DNA of 64,000 bases, taken from positions 124,001 to 188,000 of the forward strand of contig JBODTK010000114.1 of NCBI GenBank assembly GCA_050613775.1, given 5' to 3'. This document shows, one piece after another, positions 12,978 through 27,427 of this stretch. The notes under the pieces were generated by a model. The model made no database searches. It saw nothing but the letters and a program-made list of their open reading frames with translations, and was not told the origin of the DNA. This DNA comes from Neocallimastix sp. 'constans'. Taxonomy: Eukaryota. The position numbers were made by a program, and so were the translations under genes. How positions within the stretch are numbered: position 1 is the stretch's first letter; every line of letters begins with the position of its first letter.

Positions 12978-13492
12978 TTATTTATTTAAAAATATCTAAA
13001 ATATTACTAATAAGAATTTATTTAATTGGCTATAATTTTTATTACAATCTGTTAAAATATTCAAATAAAAATAAAAATACTATTCTAATATAAAGGTTTT
13101 TAATAAAATAAAATATTTTTCAATATAAAATAAAACATTTCGATATAAAATTTTATAATAAAAAGTTAAAATATAATATATAAATTTTTAATTATCAATA
13201 TATAAAAATATTATTAATATAAATTTTCATTATTAATATAAAAAAAAATAAGATTTATTATTAATATTGCTAATATAAGTTTTAAATATATAAAAATATT
13301 ACTTTTAATATAAGATTTAATATAAAAATATAAAGTTTAATATAATTTTTGATTTAATTTTTGATCTTTGGATTTAAAAATTTATTAAAGTACAAAAATA
13401 ATAATGTACACATAATGTATTAGAAATAAATCGTAGATTTAATTAAGAATGCATTATTTAGTACATTCTTATCAAGATGCCCCGACGAAGAC

Positions 13493-16400
13493 TCAAGCTT
13501 CTCTGTAAGCGGAGTTAAACTTTACTAAATTTTTAAAGTGAACATTCCTATCGAGTTGCTTTCCAGTCTTCTGATCGATTAGGGTTGCCGTGTTGAATTG
13601 AATTTTTAAAATTTTAAATGGTCCATTGTAATATGGTTCTAGCTTAGTGCGGCTAAAGTTTCTAACAAGAACAAGATCACCAGCCTTTAATTCTTTTCCC
13701 TTTTTCATACTTATTTGTTCTTCTCGTCTTGTTGCCCAATACTTGTTAGCATTCTTCACATTTTCGCATGCTTCTCTAGTCCATTGATAATGACGAACAA
13801 ATTTTTCCATTAAAATTTCATCATATGATTTACCTGCATTTTCAATTGTTCTTATGGCTATATCATAAGGCTGTTGGTCTTCTCTTCCATATACTAATTC
13901 AAAACTAGAATGTCCAGTAGCTGTATTTTTGGTAGTTCGAAGTGCCCATAAAGCAGAAGGTAAAACTTCATCCCAATCTTGATTTTTCCTTCCTAATAAA
14001 CGAAGTAATTTTCCAATTTCTTTATTTCGATTTTCAGTAAGGCCATTTGATTCAGGGTGGTAAGTAGCTACAAATTTAACATATACATCATAAAGATCAA
14101 GAAAGATTTTAGTCATATCAGAAGTGAATTGGACTCCATTATCAGTAGTAATAACTTGAGGGACACCATGTCTTGCAAAAACGTTTATTAAAAATTTAAT
14201 TATATCAGAGGAAGTTATGTTTTCAGTGGGTTCGGCTTCAACCCATTTGGTAAAGTAATCAACAGTTACTATAATATATTGATTATTATTTCTTGTTTTT
14301 GGTAACGGTCCTATAATATCTAATCCTAAATGCACAAAGGGACCCTCCACTTTAGTTGGATGGTTTTCGGTTGGTTCTGGATATGGTTGAGGACGATTTA
14401 ACTGGCATTTTTCACAATTACTAACAATTCTTTTGATATCTTTAATCATATGATTCCAATAAAAGTTTTTCTTAAGTCTTTGATATGTTTTGTAATATCC
14501 TTCGTGGCCAATATTATGAGCTTCTAAAATTAATTTAAACCTTTCATTTTCGTCCGTTATTAATTTTCTATAATTTCCATTGTCGATAAAGTAATCTTCA
14601 CCATCAATAACAGTAAACTTTTCATTAATAAATTCCTTTATAACTTTAGATAATAATTCTTCATTATTTCCATTAGTAATTTTTGTTAATAATATCTTTC
14701 TCTCTTCCTTACTTTTCATTCTTGAAAGAGCATCAGCTAACACATTCTTTTTGCCTGATTCATATTTTATATTAATTCCAAGCATACTAGCGGTTAGACA
14801 CCATCTTGTTTGCCTTGCATTCAAAGGTTCTTTATTCTTAAATAAACCAACTAATGGTTTATGATCTGTGTAAATAGTTGTAGGTAGTGGATTTCCTTCA
14901 ATATAAGATTTAAATTTAGTCATACAGTAAAACAAAGCGGTTCCTTCCAAATCGGTAATACCATAATTCTTTTCAGCTTTCTTTAAACTTCTACTTATAA
15001 AGTGTATTGGATGCTCCTTACCGGTTTCTTCTTCTTTTTGTAAAAGAACTCCACCAATTCCATTATACGAAGCATCAGTTCTAATGATAAAAGGTTTGTC
15101 AAATGACGGAAATTTTAGAATAGGCGCATTGATTAATTTTTCTTTTAGGAGTTCAAAGCTTTCTTGTTGTTCTTTATTCCATTCATATTTAGTATTCTTT
15201 TTCAATAATTTACATAAAGGTGAGGTAATTTGAGCATATTTAGGGATAAAGTCACGATAATACCCTATTGCTCCTAGAAATGATCTTAATTCATGAATTG
15301 ATGAAGGGGCTTCCCACTTCTTAATAGCTGTTATTTTACTTTCCATGGGACTTAATCCTTTAGTAGTAAGTTTGTGACCTAATACATCAACTTCAGTTTG
15401 AAGAAAATGGCACTTTTCAATATTAATTTTTAATTTGTTTTCTTTAAATACTTCTAATACTTGTTTAATATGAATTAAATGTTCTTCGATACTTTTTGAA
15501 TAGATCAAAACATCATCAATAAATACGTAAACAAATTCACCAATAAAAGGGAATAAAATTTTATTCATTTCTCTTTGGAAGGTTGAGGGAGCTCCAGTAA
15601 GTCCAAAAGGCATAACCTTAAATTGATAATTTCCAAACTTAGTAGTGAAAGTGGTTACTTCAACGCTTTCTTCATCCATTAAGATTTGGTGAAAACCAGA
15701 AAATAAATCAAGAGTTGTAAATATTTTAGCTCCTCCGAGACTATCAAAAATTTCATCTATATATGGAACTGAATAAGAATCTTTTTCTGTCATATCATTG
15801 ACTTTTCGGTAGTCAATGCACAAGCGCCACTTTCCATTGTGTTTTAGAATAAGTACTACTGGAGATGACCATTCTGAACAGGATGGTTCTATCAATCCTT
15901 TCTTAATAAGTTTTGTAAGTTCTTCTTTTAAGATATCTGATTTTAATTTAGTTAACCTATAACTTCTTAATTTTACTGGCTTTGCATTTGCTTTTAAACG
16001 GATCTTATGTGGTGAAAGTTTAGAAGGAGTTAGTTCTTCTGTTGAAGTGGCAACTATGTCAATCATTTCTTTGAGAATTTTAATAATTTGTTCTTTATAA
16101 TCTTTATTTAAGGTACTTAAAAATTCATCACTCTCAATAAATTCCATTGGAGTTAATTCCTTTATAATTTCCTTTTCATTATTCGTTTCTTTAACTTTTC
16201 TAATAGTGCAAATTATACTTTCTTCATCATAATATTGATTATTTATTTTAGCTATTTCTTCGTATTCACTTTCTGACAAAAGTTTACATAAACTGTTTAA
16301 GGTCGGATGAATAAATAAACAATGATCGATTTGAGTTTTAAAGTTTATTAACATATCATAAAAAGAGTCTTCTTTCTCAATAATTCTAAAGTCCGCATTA

Positions 16401-17497
16401 AATTCATAATTATTAATTTTTACTGGTAATCGAACAATAATTCCTTCCGAGTATTCTTCATCTTGTGTTGCTAGTTGGATTCTTCCACGACTTTTTCCAA
16501 CTGTTTCATATTCACCAGGTAATTTATCAAAATACTGCTTAGTAACGATGCTTAGGTTACTACAAGAATCAATTAAAAGTTTTCCTAGTACTCCGTCAAC
16601 ACTTGCATCAACCATTGCTAAGTCTTCTTCGGCTACTTCATTACTTTTACTTATGTAGCTATGATCATAGTTATTTACTAATAAAGTTCGTGCTATTACA
16701 TTGTCTACAGTCCCAATTATTTTAGACTTTTCTAACTTTAAACCTTGAGTTAATTGTGAACGAATTTTCGGACATGCATTCAAGAGTTGACCTATCGTAA
16801 TACTGGATTTAAGATTATTTAAATCATCCATAATATTGTAAGGTTCTTTATTATTCATCATTTTAATATTCCTTTTTACTAACTGAGTATTTCCATTATT
16901 AGTTTCTTTAGTTTTTGTTGAAATTAATTTTTCCAAAGTATTAGTTTTATTTTGTTGATTATCTTTATTCATTTCTAGATCTTCTATTTCATTATCGATT
17001 ACGAGTATATCTTCAGATTCAACTTTTTCCTTTCCTTTTGATGAATAATTGTTGTTTTCTTCTTTACTTTCTCTTACTCTTGTTATTTTTCTTAATTCCT
17101 TTTCTTTTTGTTTTTCTTTGTTAATATTTGGTTGAGTTAAAATTGAAGGAAGTATTTGATTTTTATAAACTTTATTTGGTTTATTATGTAGCTCATTTTC
17201 TTTCTTCTTTCTTAAAGCAGGAGTTGCGAAAGGACGTGGATTATCTTTTAAACTTTTATGTACTTTCTTGGAATTATTTTCTTCTTTTTCGCTGTTATTA
17301 TCATTCATTTTTCTTTTTATAGCATTTATAATGATATCATCCTCACTTTCAGTTGTGTCACTAAAATCAGATTCTTCAGATTCTTCATTAAAGGAATTAT
17401 TATCAATTGGAGTATTCTTAGTAAAAGTATTATTTTGTAAATTATTTAATGAAGCTATTGTTTTGTCATTGGGAGTGCTTCTGCTCCCATTTAGAAG
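13493..17497 (-). CDS. pol: Pol of element C (protease, RT, RNase H, integrase), reached by -1 frameshift
   Basis: LIDSCS, WRLCIDYRKVN, FIDD, RTDAS, HHCC finger, LDIIGP..TDNG..E core, GPF motif; slippery TTTAAAC at 17503-17497 plus hairpin 17488-17471. Confidence 0.93.
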   Translation of the reverse strand, partial: LLNGSRSTPNDKTIASLNNLQNNTFTKNTPIDNNSFNEESEESDFSDTTESEDDIIINAIKRKMNDNNSEKEENNSKKVHKSLKDNPRPFATPALRKKKENELHNKPNKVYKNQILPSILTQPNINKEKQKEKELRKITRVRESKEENNNYSSKGKEKVESEDILVIDNEIEDLEMNKDNQQNKTNTLEKLISTKTKETNNGNTQLVKRNIKMMNNKEPYNIMDDLNNLKSSITIGQLLNACPKIRSQLTQGLKLEKSKIIGTVDNVIARTLLVNNYDHSYISKSNEVAEEDLAMVDASVDGVLGKLLIDSCSNLSIVTKQYFDKLPGEYETVGKSRGRIQLATQDEEYSEGIIVRLPVKINNYEFNADFRIIEKEDSFYDMLINFKTQIDHCLFIHPTLNSLCKLLSESEYEEIAKINNQYYDEESIICTIRKVKETNNEKEIIKELTPMEFIESDEFLSTLNKDYKEQIIKILKEMIDIVATSTEELTPSKLSPHKIRLKANAKPVKLRSYRLTKLKSDILKEELTKLIKKGLIEPSCSEWSSPVVLILKHNGKWRLCIDYRKVNDMTEKDSYSVPYIDEIFDSLGGAKIFTTLDLFSGFHQILMDEESVEVTTFTTKFGNYQFKVMPFGLTGAPSTFQREMNKILFPFIGEFVYVFIDDVLIYSKSIEEHLIHIKQVLEVFKENKLKINIEKCHFLQTEVDVLGHKLTTKGLSPMESKITAIKKWEAPSSIHELRSFLGAIGYYRDFIPKYAQITSPLCKLLKKNTKYEWNKEQQESFELLKEKLINAPILKFPSFDKPFIIRTDASYNGIGGVLLQKEEETGKEHPIHFISRSLKKAEKNYGITDLEGTALFYCMTKFKSYIEGNPLPTTIYTDHKPLVGLFKNKEPLNARQTRWCLTASMLGINIKYESGKKNVLADALSRMKSKEERKILLTKITNGNNEELLSKVIKEFINEKFTVIDGEDYFIDNGNYRKLITDENERFKLILEAHNIGHEGYYKTYQRLKKNFYWNHMIKDIKRIVSNCEKCQLNRPQPYPEPTENHPTKVEGPFVHLGLDIIGPLPKTRNNNQYIIVTVDYFTKWVEAEPTENITSSDIIKFLINVFARHGVPQVITTDNGVQFTSDMTKIFLDLYDVYVKFVATYHPESNGLTENRNKEIGKLLRLLGRKNQDWDEVLPSALWALRTTKNTATGHSSFELVYGREDQQPYDIAIRTIENAGKSYDEILMEKFVRHYQWTREACENVKNANKYWATRREEQISMKKGKELKAGDLVLVRNFSRTKLEPYYNGPFKILKIQFNTATLIDQKTGKQLDRNVHFKNLVKFNSAYREA

Positions 17498-18402
17498 TTT
17501 AAAGACTTTTTGGAATATATTTCTTTTTTATTTTTTTCCATAATCTTATTTAATTGAGGGCAATAGTATGAGTAATGACCTTCTTCCTTACAGAAGAAGC
17601 AAGTTTTAACAGATAAATTTCTCATTTTCTGGGTTGATTCTTCTATAATATCTTGAGGTTTCAGTTTATTATTTGTTTGACTTGTTTGGAAAGTTTCGTT
17701 TCTTCTTTTAGGATAAAGTCTTGAAGTAGTACTGTTTTGATTATTTTGATTATGCTGGGAATTATTAACATTATAGGTATTAATATTATTGTTCCTTACA
17801 GAAAGTCTATCTACTTTCTCGGCAATTTTGAAAGCTTTCTCCATACTTATATCATCTTTAAGGGATAATTTCTTCCAGGCTTCATAATTATTTTGAATAG
17901 AATCAATATAATCTAGTACACCAATGCGCTTTCTTCTCTTTTTATCAAGTTTAGTGTACAAAGTTCTATATCTTACATTAAAGTCTTTAATCTTTTCGTT
18001 TCTTTTAATTCGCATTGCACGAAGTTCTTTAAGAAGTAAATTTTGGTCTTCTTTAATACCGTAAAAATTTTCAAGACTTGAAATAATTTTTCCAAGAGAA
18101 GGAAATTTAATATCATCATCAACATTTTCTTCTTCATCATCTTCTTCTTCTTCATCTGATGAATCATCACTTTCATCATCACTATCTTCTCCCAAATCTT
18201 CAATAACGCGTTGTACTTCACCAGAGCTGGTAAGTAAACAAGCATTAAATATTGTTTCTGGATCTGTAATACCTTGTATCTTGATCCAAAGTTTTAATTC
18301 AGTAGCCCAGGACTTAATATCTAAATTGTCCTTGCTAAGTTTCAAAATATCTCTTAATTCTTTTTTCAATTCTTTAAAGCTCAAAGTTGTTTCCTTGGAC
18401 AT
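17491..18402 (-). CDS. gag: Gag of element C
   Basis: Zinc knuckle CFFCKEEGHYSYYC; similar to B Gag (IKDFNVRYR versus IKNFNWRYK); acidic D/E tract. Confidence 0.9.
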   Translation of the reverse strand: MSKETTLSFKELKKELRDILKLSKDNLDIKSWATELKLWIKIQGITDPETIFNACLLTSSGEVQRVIEDLGEDSDDESDDSSDEEEEDDEEENVDDDIKFPSLGKIISSLENFYGIKEDQNLLLKELRAMRIKRNEKIKDFNVRYRTLYTKLDKKRRKRIGVLDYIDSIQNNYEAWKKLSLKDDISMEKAFKIAEKVDRLSVRNNNINTYNVNNSQHNQNNQNSTTSRLYPKRRNETFQTSQTNNKLKPQDIIEESTQKMRNLSVKTCFFCKEEGHYSYYCPQLNKIMEKNKKEIYSKKSLNF

Positions 18403-18560
18403 TTTGTCTAAATATGAGGTGATTAAATACGAATAAATTTGGGAAATCCAACTTTCAAAATATAATTTAATAGGTAATTTAATATCGAATCAATTTTTAA
18501 AACAATATATTTTAGTAACTTTTGAAAATAATAATTTTATTTGCTTTCTTTAGTAGATAT

Positions 18561-18870
18561 AAGCTCGAAATCCTTATCGACAACTTAGTAGAAATTATAA
18601 AGCACGAGGTTCTTTTCGACTACTTTATTAAGAATAATTTTTAAGTTCGAAATCTATATCGACAACTTAATAGAATAATTTTTAAGTTCGAAATCTTTAT
18701 CGACAACTCAATAGAATAATTTTAAGTTCGAAATCTTTATCGACAACTTAATTGAATAATTTTAAGTTCGAAATCTTTATCGACAACTCAATAGAATAAT
18801 TTTAAGTTCGAAATCTTTATCGACAACTTAATAGAATATTTTTCAAGCTCGAAATCTTTATCGACCACTT
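18561..18870. repeat. About 40-bp tandem repeat (7-8 copies) in element C 5' UTR
   Basis: Unit AAGTTCGAAATCTTTATCGACAACT(T/C)AATAGAATAATTTT. Confidence 0.9.
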
Positions 18871-19450
18871 GAATTTTGTAATTTAGTATATTTGTAGTAA
18901 TAAATTTAGAAGCAAAGTTTTATTTATTATTTTCATCTTTCAAAAAATTTTTCTTTTTAAACGATAAATATTGTATTATTATAGCTAATAAAATTATTAA
19001 TTAATTATAATTATTAAATACAAAAAATAATCTTTATTGTCGTACAATCTGATAGTACACACTGTCTGACGTGCAGCTTACCTAATGGTGTCATGCCACG
19101 CGTGTGCCACGATTACTATATTCAATATAAAATATAGCAGTTCAGAGCCCACTAGCCCAATTACTATGTAGGATAAACTTAATCCGATAATCTATGTACG
19201 GAATAAAAATAAATTTTAAAAGTATTCAATAATATTTTTATTAACTAATAAAAATTAACTAAAAACACAATATTTTCAAAGTAAATTAAGATTCTTTTAC
19301 AGGAATTATTAAACAAATAAAGTATCAGTAATAAAAAAAAAATAAAAAAAATTTAAATGGCGAAGTTAGCCAAAGTCTGATACTTTATATAATAAAGTGC
19401 CTTATAACTAGCACAAAGAAAAGTAAAAAAAATATATATATAAAAAAAAC

Positions 19451-19680
19451 AATCTTACGCCTTCGGTGACGTAAGCTCCTTATTCGCCAGTGCTTGGAAA
19501 GTACCCGCACCTTCGTGTGTTGAAACGTTGAAGGCTGAACTATTATTACCGGGTCGGTAACCAAATACCTTCGTCTACTTTCCAATTAATCTCCAAATTA
19601 ACTACTATTCAATAACCTACTATGAATAGAGTTAATTTGTTGCTATCTGAGAATACACTGTGTATGAGCTCTATCCGCTC
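19451..19680 (-). ncRNA. Structured 5' UTR motif in element C
   Basis: Sense GAGCTCATACACAGTGT ... GCACTGGCGAATAAGGAGC-TTACGTCACCGAAGGCGTAAG; internal stem TTGGAAAGTA/TACTTTCCAA. Confidence 0.65.
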
Positions 19681-19870
19681 CTTGTTATAATTTTACAAAA
19701 TTTGTTTTTTTAGAATCTTAATTTTACTTATTTAAAAAAAATTTTTTTTATATATATATCAAACAAGCGCCATAGGTTAATCAAAGGATTAACGACTTAC
19801 TTGTTTATCAATATAAAATAAAAAAAAATTAAAAAAAAATCTATGTTATTTACTATTATTTCTATTTAAT

Positions 19871-19888
19871 TCCCCGATATCTCCACCA
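19871..19888 (-). promoter_or_regulatory. tRNA primer-binding site of element C (probably tRNA-Ala)
   Basis: Minus strand TGGTGGAGATATCGGGGA, 6 nt from the LTR; complement ...TCTCCA-CCA resembles tRNA-Ala 3' ends. Confidence 0.8.
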
Positions 19889-20189
19889 TATAAATGTTAA
19901 GGTTTTAGAGAATTAAATAAAAATAAAGTAAGGAAACACAAATTTTATTTATTTATTTATTATTTTTATTTATTTTATTAATTTTACTTCATGATATTTA
20001 AAAATTAGTAGCAAAATTTACAACTATTTATACTTTTTTCAAGGCATAAAAGTTGTTCTTGCCACTAAATTACATTTTATTTATTTTTTTTTTTATAAAA
20101 ACTATTAAATTTAAATTGATTTTTATAATTAATTATATAAAATTTAATTATAACAATATAAATAAAATACATTTATAATATTAATAAAA

Positions 20190-20231
<42 letters not shown>

Positions 20232-20750
20232 TTATTTATTTAAAAATATCTAAAATATTACTAATAAGAATTTATTTAATTGGCTATAATTTTTATTACA
20301 ATCTGTTAAAATATTCAAATAAAAATAAAAATACTATTCTAATATAAAGGTTTTTAATAAAATAAAATATTTTTCAATATAAAATAAAACATTTCGATAT
20401 AAAATTTTATAATAAAAAGTTAAAATATAATATATAAATTTTTAATTATCAATATATAAAAATATTATTAATATAAATTTTCATTATTAATATAAAAAAA
20501 AATAAGATTTATTATTAATATTGCTAATATAAGTTTTAAATATATAAAAATATTACTTTTAATATAAGATTTAATATAAAAATATAAAGTTTAATATAAT
20601 TTTTGATTTAATTTTTGATCTTTGGATTTAAAAATTTATTAAAGTACAAAAATAATAATGTACACATAATGTATTAGAAATAAATCGTAGATTTAATTAA
20701 GAATGCATTATTTAGTACATTCTTATCAAAAAAATTAGAAATTAGAATGC

Positions 20751-20804
20751 TGGCATAGTGGTTAGTCACTATGACCTCAGCCTGAACCACTAGGGTTCGA
20801 CTCA
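20751..20804 (+). promoter_or_regulatory. Pol III A box/B box in element D 5' LTR
   Basis: TGGCATAGTGG (20751-20761) fits TRGCNNAGYGG; GGTTCGACTCA (20794-20804); T-run follows; element C ends 23 bp before the A box. Confidence 0.82.
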
Positions 20805-21363
20805 CACCTTTACTAAAATTTTATATCATTTAAATTTTAAAAGAATTTTTATACTTCATTTCTGTATTTGTTTCTGTATTTGTTTCTGTATAAATTTCTG
20901 TAAAAAATTAACAAAAGAAATTCTTAGAAATTAATAGAAACAAATCAGATAGAAATTCTATTTTAATTTATCTTTTATCATTATTTCTTTTAGATTCTTT
21001 TTAACCGAAAATAATCAATTTTTATGAAACTTTTTAATGATTTTATGGTTTTAAATTTTTATGGATTTAAATTTTGAAAAACTATAAATAGGAGTGAATT
21101 TCGCAGCCAAAAGATTTTAAATATTGTGTTTTTATTAATTATTAAATTAATTAATAAGTAATTCGAAATATTACAATAATTAATCTTTATAATTAATATT
21201 TTTAAATTTCTTAATTAATAAAACTATATTTTAAAAAACCAAATTACTTATTAATCAAAAAGTGCTTACCTATTGTGTTACACTCTTTAAAACACGGATA
21301 TTCCAATATTCGTTACAATAAAAACACCACTAAACTAAGCACAATACCTTTGCACTTTTACTC

Positions 21364-21730
21364 TTTTTGGAACCCCGTTAAGGAATCCCATTTTCTACTA
21401 CTATTTTTGGAACCCCGTTAAGGAATCCCATTTTCTACTACTATTTTTGGAACCCCGTTAAGGAATCCCATTTTCTACTACTATTTTTGGAACCCCGTTA
21501 AGGAATCCCATTTTCTACTACTATTTTTGGAACCCCGTTAAGGAATCCCATTTTCTACTACTATTTTTGGAACACCGTTAAGGAATCCCATTTACTACTA
21601 TTCTTTTTTGGAACCCCGTTAAGGAATCCCATTCTCTACTACTCTTTTTGGAACCCCGTTAAGTAATCCCATTCTCTATTACTCTTTTTGGAACCCCGTT
21701 AAGGAATCCCATTTTCTACTATTTTTGAAA
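21364..21730 (+). repeat. 40-bp tandem repeat (about 9 copies) in element D 5' UTR
   Basis: Unit TTTTTGGAACCCCGTTAAGGAATCCCATTTTCTACTACTA. Confidence 0.93.
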
Positions 21731-22282
21731 CCACTTACCAAGACTATAAATTTCTCTACCAAAATTCATGCACGAATTTATAAATTCAATCGGAACCCTT
21801 GAATTTTACTATATATTAAAATTATTAATATTTTCAATAATCCATATAACCATCCTTGAAATTAAAATTATTTATATTGAAATTAAATATTTACTTCTTC
21901 TAATAATTAATTATATTGTATATTTATTATTCAATCAAAATTAATGATTATAATAACTAAAAAAAAAAAAAAAAAAAAAAAAAATTAGTAATAATTAATA
22001 TTTAATAATTAATATTTAATAATTAATAATAATAATTAATAATCAATAATTAGTAATAATTAATAGTAATAATCAATATTCAATAATTAGTAATAATTAA
22101 TAGTAATAATCAATATTCAATAATTAGTAATAATTAATAGTAATAATCAATATTCAATAATTAGTAATAATTAATAATAATAATTAATAATAATTAGTAA
22201 TAATCAATATTTAATAATTAATAATAATTAATAATAATTAATAATTAATAATTAATAATTAGTAATCAATAATTAGAATTAA

Positions 22283-26503
<4,221 letters not shown>

Positions 26504-26571
26504 ATATAAATCATTTAATCAAAAATAAATTTTATTTCATCAAAGTACTATTAATCATTCTAACTTATGAT

Positions 26572-26602
<31 letters not shown>

Positions 26603-26825
26603 TTATTTTATATTATTCAAAAACATTTATTCTAAGATAGTTTTATTTTTATACTTTATTTTTAAAACTTAAAATTCATGTAATTTTTATTATCCAATGT
26701 ATTAATTAAATTATCACTCCTATAAGTATTTTAGTTATAGTTTATTATTATAAAAGTTAGAATTAGAAATAGTTTAGATTTAAAGCAAAAGATTCGTCTG
26801 GCATCCGAATCCTAGAGGAGGACCA

Positions 26826-27427
26826 TGTAACGAATCTTAAAAAATTAGAAATTAGAATGCTGGCATAGTGGTTAGTCACTATGACCTCAGCCTGAACCAC
26901 TAGGGTTCGACTCACACCTTTACTAAAATTTTATATCATTTAAATTTTAAAAGAATTTTTATACTTCATTTCTGTATTTGTTTCTGTATTTGTTTCTGTA
27001 TAAATTTCTGTAAAAAATTAACAAAAGAAATTCTTAGAAATTAATAGAAACAAATCAGATAGAAATTCTATTTTAATTTATCTTTTATCATTATTTCTTT
27101 TAGATTCTTTTTAACCGAAAATAATCAATTTTTATGAAACTTTTTAATGATTTTATGGTTTTAAATTTTTATGGATTTAAATTTTGAAAAACTATAAATA
27201 GGAGTGAATTTCGCAGCCAAAAGATTTTAAATATTGTGTTTTTATTAATTATTAAATTAATTAATAAGTAATTCGAAATATTACAATAATTAATCTTTAT
27301 AATTAATATTTTTAAATTTCTTAATTAATAAAACTATATTTTAAAAAACCAAATTACTTATTAATCAAAAAGTGCTTACCTATTGTGTTACACTCTTTAA
27401 AACACGGATATTCCAATATTCGTTACA
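26826..27427 (+). repeat. 3' LTR of element D (602 bp), with A box 26861-26871 and B box 26904-26914
   Basis: Matches 12623-12639 + 20729-21317. Confidence 0.95.

Larger units (their letters stand above)
12640..20728 (-). mobile_element. Element C: apparently intact non-chromodomain Ty3/gypsy retrotransposon
   Basis: LTRs 12640-13474 and 19895-20728, near-identical; 4-bp TSD AAAA (4 A left + 6 A right versus 6 A in the intact D LTR); PBS 19871-19888. Confidence 0.96.

Noticed and set aside
18561..18870. CRISPR-like array
   Set aside because: Plain tandem repeat without spacers in the element C leader
20744..20815. Functional tRNA gene in D (and A) LTRs
   Set aside because: A and B boxes are present, but acceptor, anticodon and T stems do not pair; annotated as a promoter only
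21364..21730. CRISPR-like array
   Set aside because: Units are contiguous with no unique spacers, there are no cas genes, and it lies in a retrotransposon leader
27385..27427. N-terminus of a standalone 374-aa integrase gene
   Set aside because: The start lies in D's 3' LTR; the remainder is the severed end of B pol
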